Source: Deltaproteobacteria bacterium (GTDB taxonomy: Bacteria; Desulfobacterota; BSN033; UBA1163). From it: 41,861 nt of DNA. The notes below the pieces were generated by a model. The model was not told where the DNA came from. It made no database searches and worked only from the letters and a program-made list of their open reading frames with translations. Positions 18,686 to 26,384 of this stretch are shown one piece after another. Position numbers and translations under genes: made by a program. The stretch is from the NCBI GenBank assembly GCA_037440525.1, contig JBBITW010000005.1, forward strand, positions 1 to 41,861. The letters run 5' to 3'. Within the stretch, counting starts at the first letter, position 1. Each line of letters opens with the position of its first letter.

Positions 18686-20203
18686 CTATTTCTCCAATCG
18701 AAGCAACGGGAAAAAAATTACATCTCGAATGGAGGGAGAATCTGTTAGGAGCATAACCCACCGATCGATTCCGATCCCTTCTCCTGCGGTTGGGGGCATA
18801 CCAAATTCGAGGGCATAAAGGAAATCTTCGTCAATAAAATTGCTATCTGTCTCATCTATTCGCTCTTTTATCTGTTGCAGGAAACGTTCTCTCTGGTCAA
18901 TGGGATCATTAAGCTCAGAAAAGCCATTGGCAATCTCTCTTCCTGCGATAAATAGTTCAAAGCGGTCTACTACCTGGGGATTCTCTCCGTTTCGGCGTGA
19001 AAGGGGAGATACCTCTGTGGGATAGTGAGTGATAAAAGTAGGCTGAGTGAGGTGGTGCTCTACTTTCTCCTTGAATAGCTCTGCCAAGACCCTCCCATGG
19101 GATGTCCCCCTTTTTAGTTCAAGTCCAAGCCCCTTTGCAACATCTATAGCTTTTGAATGTTCTTTTATTATATCTGAATCAAAGCCCCCGTATTCGAGGA
19201 GGGCTTCATCAAAACGCAATCTCCTCCACGGAGGGGTAAAGTCGATCTCCTTTCCCTGATATGATATGGTGAGTCCATTATTAATCTCACGAACAGTTGA
19301 ACAGAGTAACTCTTCAGTAATCTCCATCATATCTTGATAGTTTGCGTAACTTTGATAAAATTCGAGCATGGTAAATTCGGGGTTGTGAAGTGTTGATATC
19401 CCTTCATTTCTGAAACAGCGATTGATTTCAAAAATCCTCTCAAATCCTCCAATCACCAATCTTTTTAAAAAGAGCTCCGGGGCTATGCGTAAGTAGAGTT
19501 CCATATTTAGCGCATTGTGATGTGTTCTGAAAGGTTTTGCAGTTGCTCCCCCAGGGATGGGATGAAGCATAGGAGTTTCTACCTCGTAAAAACCCCTCTC
19601 TATAAAGAATTCTCGGATCTTTTGAATGATTTTTATCCTTTTCAGAAAGGTTTCTTTAGACCTGGGGTTTGAGATAAAATCTAAATGACGGTGACGGTAA
19701 CGAATCTCTATATCAGTGAGGCCGTGCCACTTCTCGGGCAGGGGGCGAAGAGATTTTACCAGAAGTCTAAACCTCTGAACATGGATGGTCAGTTCCCCCG
19801 TCCTTGTTCTAAAGATCTTCCCCTCAATTCCAATAAAGTCCCCTATATCAAACTTCTTAAAGAGTTGAAAGGCCTCCTCTCCTACAGTCTCTTTCTGCAG
19901 ATATGCCTGTATCCTTCCATTACTATCCCTTATCTCGATAAAGGAGGTTTTGCCAAAATCCCGTATGGCAAATATTCTTCCAGCAATAAAGAAGGTCTCT
20001 TTGATGGATTTGAGTTCCTCTTCTGAAGCGGAATCGAACATTTCATGGATATCCTTAGAGGTATGGGTCACCCTAAAATCATTGGGGAATGGATCAATCC
20101 CTTCCTTCCTTAATGCCTCCAATTTTCTGATTCTCTGGCGAAAAAGTTCATTCGTCTCATCCATATCCATCTCTTTTTCCATTAAAAATACTATAATATT
20201 CAA
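18686..20203 (-). CDS. lysS: Lysine--tRNA ligase (class II)
   Basis: OB-fold N-domain plus class II motifs (FRNEGIS..HNPEFTMLEFY, GIGIDRWVMLL). The start is ambiguous among ATG 20203, 20182, 20170 and 20164. Confidence 0.92.
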   Translation of the reverse strand: MNIIVFLMEKEMDMDETNELFRQRIRKLEALRKEGIDPFPNDFRVTHTSKDIHEMFDSASEEELKSIKETFFIAGRIFAIRDFGKTSFIEIRDSNGRIQAYLQKETVGEEAFQLFKKFDIGDFIGIEGKIFRTRTGELTIHVQRFRLLVKSLRPLPEKWHGLTDIEIRYRHRHLDFISNPRSKETFLKRIKIIQKIREFFIERGFYEVETPMLHPIPGGATAKPFRTHHNALNMELYLRIAPELFLKRLVIGGFERIFEINRCFRNEGISTLHNPEFTMLEFYQSYANYQDMMEITEELLCSTVREINNGLTISYQGKEIDFTPPWRRLRFDEALLEYGGFDSDIIKEHSKAIDVAKGLGLELKRGTSHGRVLAELFKEKVEHHLTQPTFITHYPTEVSPLSRRNGENPQVVDRFELFIAGREIANGFSELNDPIDQRERFLQQIKERIDETDSNFIDEDFLYALEFGMPPTAGEGIGIDRWVMLLTDSPSIRDVIFFPLLRLEK

Positions 20204-20210
20204 GAATTTT

Positions 20211-20239
20211 AAATTAACCCATTTTCATATTTAGGTCAA
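20211..20239 (-). promoter_or_regulatory. Candidate sigma70-type promoter for lysS-lol operon
   Basis: On the minus strand: TTGACC (20239-20234), a 17-nt spacer, then TAATTT (20216-20211). The predicted start site would fall almost on ATG 20203, giving a leaderless or very short leader. Confidence 0.3.
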
Positions 20240-20416
20240 GGTAAAATTAGGCCTTGAATGTAATGCCTCAATTGTCCGTGGAAATTGACAAAGATTGGGC
20301 GGGGATGCCAGAAAAAATCTTATTGCCTGCCCTGCCTGCCGCATGCAATGACTATAATTAATTGGAGCATTAAATAAGATGAGTATATCAAGATGATATC
20401 ATGTGAGGCTAATTCT

Positions 20417-20782
20417 TCAAGGATATCTTAAATCAAAGGCATCTTTTATCAACTCAATCTCCTCCCCTTTTTTCCCAAGCACTATGGCCACTACATCAAA
20501 TCTTGCCTTCACATTCTCGATTCTTTTCTCTTTTAAAAATGTTAAGGCAACCTTAGAGAGCTGTTCCTGCTTTTTTGGATGGACGGCTAACTGTGGAGGT
20601 CCAAAGGTTGTTGAGGTCCTTGTCTTGACCTCGACAAATACAAGTGTATCCTTCTCTTTGGCGATGATGTCCATCTCCCCCATCTTACATACATAATTTC
20701 TCTGGAGGATACGATAACCATTCTTCTTTAAAAAGCCTATGGCCAATTCTTCTCCCTTTTGCCCGAGCTCCTTCTTCTCCAT
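20417..20782 (-). CDS. yraN: YraN family (UPF0102) endonuclease-like protein
   Basis: GE.LA..FL...GY.IL.RN......GE.DIIA......VFVEVK.R pattern. Position next to rnhB is typical. Confidence 0.8.
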   Translation of the reverse strand: MEKKELGQKGEELAIGFLKKNGYRILQRNYVCKMGEMDIIAKEKDTLVFVEVKTRTSTTFGPPQLAVHPKKQEQLSKVALTFLKEKRIENVKARFDVVAIVLGKKGEEIELIKDAFDLRYP

Positions 20783-20807
20783 TACCTATCTGACCACTGA
20801 TTAAATA

Positions 20808-21027
20808 GAGACCTCTGAAAAAGTATTAAAGATTCTTATAGACTGGGGAGGTGGGGTGGAAAAGCCTTCGAGCGGATACTGATAATAATATGGCACCATT
20901 GATTAATACCCTGAAAATGCTTGATTTTCTTTAAAGCGATTGTTAGCAATTTAACTTCTTAATGTCCGCATTCGAAGGGTTTGGAGCCCTACCTCCCCAG
21001 TCATTTCATGACTTTTTCAGAGTTCTC
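20808..21027 (+). mobile_element. MITE-1 copy B (220 bp)
   Basis: Left end GAGACCTCTGAAAAAGT and right end ACTTTTTCAGAGTTCTC. Direct AAATA flanks at 20803-20807 and 21028-21032. By eye it is roughly 85-90% identical to the other copies. It overlaps the 3' end of rnhB. Confidence 0.7.
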
Positions 21028-21647
21028 AAATATTCTCTAACTCCTCTAAAGGTCTTTCGGTGAAGTTCACAAACGCCATATCTCTCTATTGCCTTTAGGT
21101 GTTCTTTTGTACCGTATCCCTTGTGACTTGCGAAATTATACTGAGGATATATCATGTGAAATTCGTCCATTATTCTATCACGGGTTACCTTAGCCACAAT
21201 AGAGGCTGCAGAAATGGATTGGCAGAGCTGATCCCCTTTACGGATAGCCTTTTGGGGCAATGGTATGTCAATTCCCCTGTTGCCATCAATAAGAATAAAA
21301 TCAGGGGGGTAGGGGAGATTCTTTACTGCGAGTGACATGGCCTTTAATGTGGCCTGAAATATATTTATCAAATCGATCTCTTCCTGCCAGACTGATCCGA
21401 TCCCGACTCCCAATGCCCTGGAAAGGATTAAATCGTAGAGGGCATAGCGTCTATTTGGTGAGATTTTTTTCGAGTCGAAAAGCCTTTCCCCAATTCCATC
21501 TTCCGGAAGGATCACAGCAGCCGCAACTACAGGACCAGCAAGGGGACCCCTTCCTGCTTCATCAACTCCAGCAATCCTACGATAACCTTGCCTTAGATAG
21601 AGTTTTTCAAAATAGTCCGGAGACTGTTTTGAAAGAAGAGGGAGCAT
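21006..21647 (-). CDS. rnhB: Ribonuclease HII
   Basis: Motifs GVDEAGRGPLAGPVV, DSKK and ASI.AKV.RD. The track start is TTG 21680; ATG 21647 is chosen here. The last 6 codons plus the stop lie inside MITE-1 copy B. Confidence 0.9.
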   Translation of the reverse strand: MLPLLSKQSPDYFEKLYLRQGYRRIAGVDEAGRGPLAGPVVAAAVILPEDGIGERLFDSKKISPNRRYALYDLILSRALGVGIGSVWQEEIDLINIFQATLKAMSLAVKNLPYPPDFILIDGNRGIDIPLPQKAIRKGDQLCQSISAASIVAKVTRDRIMDEFHMIYPQYNFASHKGYGTKEHLKAIERYGVCELHRKTFRGVREYLRTLKKS

Positions 21648-21694
21648 TTCACCTTGCAGATGGCAGTTTGAAATCCCCAATTTGAAGCGACCTT

Positions 21695-22048
21695 TCAGTT
21701 TTCCTGTTTCCTTTCACCCCTTATACGGGCAGCCTTCCCTTTGAGATTTCTCAGGTAGAAGAGCTTTGCCCTCCTTACCTTCCCTCGACTTATCACATCT
21801 ATTCTATCAACCCTTGGTGAATGAAGGGGAAAGATCCTCTCTACACCAATTCCATATGAGATCTTTCTAACGGTGAAGGTAGATCTAATTCCTCCTGCCT
21901 TCTTCCGAATCACTACACCTTCAAATGGTTGTATCCTTTCTTTCTCTCCCTCAACAATCTTTACATATACCCTGACAGTATCTCCTACCTTAAAATCTGT
22001 AAGGTCTGTCCTGAGTTGTTCCCTTTCAACTATCTCCAGTGGATTCAT
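21695..22048 (-). CDS. rplS: 50S ribosomal protein L19
   Basis: Motifs F.VGD.V.V..KI.EG.KERIQ.FEGVVI and FTVRK.S.G.GVER.FP.HSP. AGGAGG lies upstream. Confidence 0.95.
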   Translation of the reverse strand: MNPLEIVEREQLRTDLTDFKVGDTVRVYVKIVEGEKERIQPFEGVVIRKKAGGIRSTFTVRKISYGIGVERIFPLHSPRVDRIDVISRGKVRRAKLFYLRNLKGKAARIRGERKQEN

Positions 22049-22118
22049 CTCCTTGGTCCTCCTATCTTATTTTCAAAGCTCAATAAAGGAAAGAGAAAAA
22101 TAGAAAAACTATGCCATT

Positions 22119-22721
22119 TTATCTCTCTCCTAACAATCTATCAAGGATTATGGCAACTGCTGAACGAACTGAAAGGTGATTGTAACCTTCTCCTTCGATT
22201 GGTGCAAGAATATAATCAGAGCTTTCCTTCACCTCTCGAGTTAAACCCCATCCTGTCCCGAATAGAATAAAAAATGGTGTTTCCTGATCTTTAAATAATC
22301 TCTTAAGGTCACTAAAACTGATATTGTTGGGATGGGGGGAAGCACTTGTAGATATCATTTTTACATCCCTTCTCCATAAATTTAAGATCTCAAGTCCTGC
22401 CTCCTCAATACTTCGAGAAATCCTGACAAGTGATAGGGATTCCTTCCTAATGGGGTTATAGTTGGATCCCGCGCCTTTTATCCAGTGATGAAGAAGCCTT
22501 TTGGTCAATTCAATCTGGCTTTCAAGCGGTGTAATTATAAAGAATCCTCCAAGGCCAAATGTCCTTGCACAACGTGCAATATCATGTATATCAAGGCTCG
22601 TAATGGCTGTTGTTACAACCTCCCCCTTCCTGTCATAAACAGGATAGTGAACCAATCCCAAATGGATATGATTAGCCTTCAACCCTTTCTTTCCCGTCCC
22701 TCCCTGATTTAGTGATCTCAT
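22119..22721 (-). CDS. SPOUT-superfamily RNA methyltransferase-like protein (COG4752-like)
   Basis: Motifs [31 protein letters not shown] and C-terminal [23 protein letters not shown] lies 6 nt before ATG 22721. It overlaps the trmD 3' end by 50 nt. The family assignment is from memory. Confidence 0.6.
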   Translation of the reverse strand: MRSLNQGGTGKKGLKANHIHLGLVHYPVYDRKGEVVTTAITSLDIHDIARCARTFGLGGFFIITPLESQIELTKRLLHHWIKGAGSNYNPIRKESLSLVRISRSIEEAGLEILNLWRRDVKMISTSASPHPNNISFSDLKRLFKDQETPFFILFGTGWGLTREVKESSDYILAPIEGEGYNHLSVRSAVAIILDRLLGER

Positions 22722-23430
22722 CCAGAATCCTCTTGTCCTCTTCCGAGAGAGTGGCTCTGGCCAGAAGATCAGGCCTTCTCATGGACGTCCTCCTCAGGGC
22801 CTCCCTTCTTCTCCAGAGAGAAATTGCCAGGTGGTTTCCTGAAAGAAGAACCTTAGGAACCTCGTATCCTTTAAAATCAGGGGGGCGGGTATATTGGGGA
22901 TATTCCAAGAGGGGGTATGAGAAGGAATCATCTTTGGCAGAGAGTTCATTTCCCAAAACCCCTGGTAAAAGTCTTGAAACTGCATCTATAATTACCATCG
23001 CCGCAAACTCTCCCCCTGTGAGTATATAATCTCCGATCGAAATTTCTTCATCGACCATTAATTCCCTTACCCTTTCATCAACCCCTTCGTATCTGCCACA
23101 GAGGAGGATGAGGTGGGATCTCAAGGAGAGATCGCGAGCTATATCTTGATTAAATAGTTTTCCTTGAGGGGTTAGATAGATCGTCCATGAGGATGGGTCT
23201 TCTGCCTTTATCCACTCAATGGCTTTGGCAATTGGTTCTATTTTCATCACCATCCCCTGTCCCCCTCCATATGGAGTATCGTCAACAACTTTGTGTCTCC
23301 CTGAAGCAAAGTCCCTGATATTGATAGTTCGGATTTGTATAATTCCCCTTTGGATTGCCCTTCCCAAAATGCTCTCCTTAAATGGAGATGAAAACATATT
23401 AGGGAAGAGTGTGAGAATGTCAAACTTCAT
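22672..23430 (-). CDS. trmD: tRNA (guanine37-N1)-methyltransferase
   Basis: Motifs [35 protein letters not shown] and [15 protein letters not shown] lies 6 nt before ATG 23430, the second ATG of the ORF. Confidence 0.93.
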   Translation of the reverse strand: MKFDILTLFPNMFSSPFKESILGRAIQRGIIQIRTINIRDFASGRHKVVDDTPYGGGQGMVMKIEPIAKAIEWIKAEDPSSWTIYLTPQGKLFNQDIARDLSLRSHLILLCGRYEGVDERVRELMVDEEISIGDYILTGGEFAAMVIIDAVSRLLPGVLGNELSAKDDSFSYPLLEYPQYTRPPDFKGYEVPKVLLSGNHLAISLWRRREALRRTSMRRPDLLARATLSEEDKRILDEITKSGRDGKERVEG

Positions 23431-23947
23431 CCTCATTCTCCCATAGACCTTCCATTCTAAGGACTTTCAATACCCCTCTTTCCATATCAACATCTTTTAT
23501 AACCTCTTCTATCGCTGGTAAAAAGATATCTCCCCTTTTCCCTTCAACAACATACACATCATTTGCTCCTGTTGGGAAAATCTCCTTAACACTTCCAAGT
23601 CTCTTGCCACTTTCTGTCTCAACCAGCATCCCTAAGATTTCAAACCAGTAATATTCCCCTCTGTCTAATTTAGGGAGATCGCTCTTTTTGATAAATATTT
23701 CTCTCCCACAAAGAGATTCAGCTTCTTCTCTACTATCGATTCCCCTGAGCTTGAGAATAAGGTGGGGAGGTTGAGTTTTCACCTCCGAGATTTCATAAGA
23801 GCGATGTTCGGAGATGGTGTCTAAGAGAAAGATCTTCCGATAGAAACGGAATTGTTTGATATCATCTCCAAAGTACTTAACCTTGATCCTTCCCTTAACT
23901 CCGTGTGGTTTGATCACCTTTCCAATAGGGAAAAAATCTTTATCCAT
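23420..23947 (-). CDS. rimM: 16S rRNA processing protein RimM
   Basis: [16 protein letters not shown]-terminus plus a PRC-barrel C-terminus. Position in the rpsP-rimM-trmD-rplS block fits. Confidence 0.9.
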   Translation of the reverse strand: MDKDFFPIGKVIKPHGVKGRIKVKYFGDDIKQFRFYRKIFLLDTISEHRSYEISEVKTQPPHLILKLRGIDSREEAESLCGREIFIKKSDLPKLDRGEYYWFEILGMLVETESGKRLGSVKEIFPTGANDVYVVEGKRGDIFLPAIEEVIKDVDMERGVLKVLRMEGLWENEDEV

Positions 23948-24065
23948 GGATCAAAAATATTAATCAAACCGAAGGAGTAGTTAGATTATAAAGATCCTTC
24001 CTCCATTTTCCGCGAGCAGGGTTAAAGGATTTCTCATCTTGAGTTTCTGGCCCAATAAGGACTTT

Positions 24066-24302
24066 TTACTCGATTATCTCTAAGACAGAACGTTTCCCCA
24101 AATTGGCTGAAACTGCTCCAAGGATCACTCTTATTGCCCTCGCTGTCCGGCCCTGTTTTCCTATTACCTTTCCTAAGTCCTCTTTGGCCACAGAGAGTTC
24201 AATAACTGAAGTCTTCTCCCCCTCGATCTCGGAGACTCTAACCTGATCTGGATGATCCACCAATGCCTTTGCAATATATTCAATTAGGTCTTTTGTATTC
24301 AT
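24066..24302 (-). CDS. KH domain RNA-binding protein (UPF0109/YlqC family)
   Basis: Motifs [16 protein letters not shown] and [22 protein letters not shown] lies 4 nt upstream of ATG 24302. The track ORF begins 11 codons earlier. Confidence 0.85.
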   Translation of the reverse strand: MNTKDLIEYIAKALVDHPDQVRVSEIEGEKTSVIELSVAKEDLGKVIGKQGRTARAIRVILGAVSANLGKRSVLEIIE

Positions 24303-24371
24303 AACCCACCTCCAGTTTTCCGAAACAATTCTCACAGAGATTTAACAGAATAAAATTTGGGAAAAGACAAC

Positions 24372-24641
24372 TTACTCTTTTTTACCCTCCGCCAACTTTT
24401 TGAAGATCCCCGATCTTTTTAATAGTTGACGGACAGTCTGGGTAGGCTGAGCCCCCTTGCCCAGCCAATGAATCGCCTTCTCCATTTTGATTCTGACCTC
24501 TACGGGATCCTTCTTGGGATCGTAGGTACCCAATTGATCTATAAACCTTCCGTCCCTTGGTGAATGACGATCTGCCACAACTATCCTATAAAAAGGAGTC
24601 TTCTTCCCGCCAAACCTCATAAGTCTCATTGATACAGCCAT
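24372..24641 (-). CDS. rpsP: 30S ribosomal protein S16
   Basis: [24 protein letters not shown] matches the canonical S16 N-terminus. The track GTG at 24656 lies inside the GGAGGTG Shine-Dalgarno sequence. Confidence 0.95.
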   Translation of the reverse strand: MAVSMRLMRFGGKKTPFYRIVVADRHSPRDGRFIDQLGTYDPKKDPVEVRIKMEKAIHWLGKGAQPTQTVRQLLKRSGIFKKLAEGKKE

Positions 24642-24748
24642 TCCTCTTCGGATCACCTCCTTTATAAAAGAATTATATCAATACTTAAATTTGAATCTTA
24701 GAAGCTATTCTTCAGTAGCATACCCACAGTGACCAGGGCAATAAATTT

Positions 24749-26089
24749 TTATGAGAAGAAAGGCATTCCTACTTTACCAAATCCTTTACTTCCCATCTTG
24801 GAAAACTGTTTCATCATCTTTCGCACCTGGGCATACTGTTTCAAAAGTTGATTCACCTCCTGGACTGTTGTCCCGCTTCCTTTTGCAATCCTCAACCTCC
24901 TGCTCCCATTGATAATTTGGAAATTGGCTCTCTCTTTCGGTGTCATGGAATTGATGATTGCCTCAACTCTTAGGAGTTGTCTTTCATCAAAATGAAGATT
25001 GTTCATGGCCTTCATCTTTTTTGAAAATCCTGGAATCATTCCGAGGATTGACTCCAATGAACCCATCTTTCGAATCTGCTGGAGTTGATCTCTAAAATCT
25101 TCAAGCGTAAAGGAATCCTTCCTAATCTTTCGTTCAAGTTCCTTTGCCTTCTTTTCATCAAACGAAGCCTCTGCCTTTTCTATCAAGGTTAGGACATCAC
25201 CCATCCCGAGGATTCTTGATGCCATCCTATCAGGATAAAATATTTCTAAGGCATCGAGTTTTTCACCCACGCCGATGAATTTTATAGGTTTCTGTGTAAC
25301 CGCTCTTATTGAAAGGGCAGCTCCTCCACGGGCATCTCCATCCATCTTGGTGAGGATGACGCCATCTATCCCCAACCTCTCATTGAAGCTTTTTGCTATG
25401 TTGACTGCATCCTGCCCTGTCATTGCATCGGCTATTAGGAGAACCTCTTTGGGCTTAAGATTTGCCTTTATCTCTCGAAGTTCGAGCATTAGCTCCTCAT
25501 CAATATGAAGTCTCCCAGCAGTGTCGATTAGCATAATATCATAGCCCCCCCTGAGGGCAATATCCCTTGCCTTAAGGGTGATATCTAATGGTTTCTCATC
25601 AGGGGCAGGTTTATAGAAATCAACATTTATCTCCTCTCCCAGTTTCTGCAACTGTTCAATGGCTGCAGGTCTATATGTATCTGCGGGCACAAGATATGGT
25701 CTCTTTTTTATCCCCTTAATGTATCGGGCAAGTTTTGCGGCAGTTGTTGTCTTTCCACATCCATGAAGTCCCACTAACATTATCGGAACAGGTGGGCTTC
25801 CTGAGAGATTGATCCTCTGCTCTGTGCCTCCCATCAGGTTCGTCATCTCATCCTTCACTATCTTGATCAATTGCTGAGCAGGTGTAAGGCTTGCCATCAC
25901 CTCCTGACCAACAGCCTTTGTTTGGACGGATTGGATAAAGTCCTTAACTACCTTAAAATTGACATCCGCCTCTAAGAGGGCAATCCTAACTTCTTTTAAT
26001 GCGTCCTGGATATTTTGTTCCGTTAGTTTTCCATGGCCTTTTAGACGTTTTAATATTGCTTCAAGTTTTGTAGAAAGATTCTCAAACAT
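24749..26089 (-). CDS. ffh: Signal recognition particle protein Ffh
   Basis: MFENLS..L, GLHGCGKTTT, DTAGR and TKMDGDARGGAALS motifs, plus a Met-rich M domain. ATG 26089 is preferred over the track TTG at 26101. Confidence 0.95.
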   Translation of the reverse strand: MFENLSTKLEAILKRLKGHGKLTEQNIQDALKEVRIALLEADVNFKVVKDFIQSVQTKAVGQEVMASLTPAQQLIKIVKDEMTNLMGGTEQRINLSGSPPVPIMLVGLHGCGKTTTAAKLARYIKGIKKRPYLVPADTYRPAAIEQLQKLGEEINVDFYKPAPDEKPLDITLKARDIALRGGYDIMLIDTAGRLHIDEELMLELREIKANLKPKEVLLIADAMTGQDAVNIAKSFNERLGIDGVILTKMDGDARGGAALSIRAVTQKPIKFIGVGEKLDALEIFYPDRMASRILGMGDVLTLIEKAEASFDEKKAKELERKIRKDSFTLEDFRDQLQQIRKMGSLESILGMIPGFSKKMKAMNNLHFDERQLLRVEAIINSMTPKERANFQIINGSRRLRIAKGSGTTVQEVNQLLKQYAQVRKMMKQFSKMGSKGFGKVGMPFFS

Positions 26090-26116
26090 AAAACTAACCA
26101 AAAATATTTGAAATTT

Positions 26117-26157
26117 CCCCTCACCACTCCTCTCTGGGGAGAGGGAGGGTGAGGGGG
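26117..26157. repeat. R3-family GC-rich hairpin repeat
   Basis: CCCCTCACCACTCCTCTC, a tggg loop, then GAGAGGGAGGGTGAGGGG. This gives a stem of about 17 bp with one bulge. It lies between the predicted ffh promoter and the ffh start. Confidence 0.6.
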
Positions 26158-26176
26158 TTAAAAGTGTTATAAAATA

Positions 26177-26205
26177 ATTTTATTAGCTAATTCGAAAATT
26201 GTCAA
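26177..26205 (-). promoter_or_regulatory. Candidate sigma70-type promoter of the ffh-rpsP...yraN operon
   Basis: On the minus strand: TTGACA (26205-26200), a 17-nt spacer, then TAAAAT (26182-26177). Confidence 0.5.
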
Positions 26206-26384
26206 ACCTTAAACACTCCTGATTAATATAATTAATCAATCATCCTTAGAATCATGAAAGGATCAAAGGCAAAAAACTTTCGATTTTTAATATTACCTAC
26301 TCGAGGTAAGGGCAGATTATAAATAGAGGTTTATATTTCAAGTGGGGAAAAACTAAGAAGTTCAGGAGATGAAAGAGTATATTC

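Noticed and set aside
20306-20350. ATTGC...GCAAT hairpin followed by a T-run on the minus strand downstream of yraN, considered as the operon terminator
   Set aside because: It has only a 5-bp stem with a 17-nt loop. It may still act as a weak terminator but cannot be supported from sequence alone.
20891-20907. TGGCAC-containing sequence inside every MITE-1 copy, considered as a mobile sigma54 -24/-12 promoter because an EBP is encoded nearby
   Set aside because: The sequence is TGGCAC(c/t)ATTGATTAA. There is no GC dinucleotide at the -12 position, 10 nt after the GG, so it does not fit TGGCAC-N5-TTGC.
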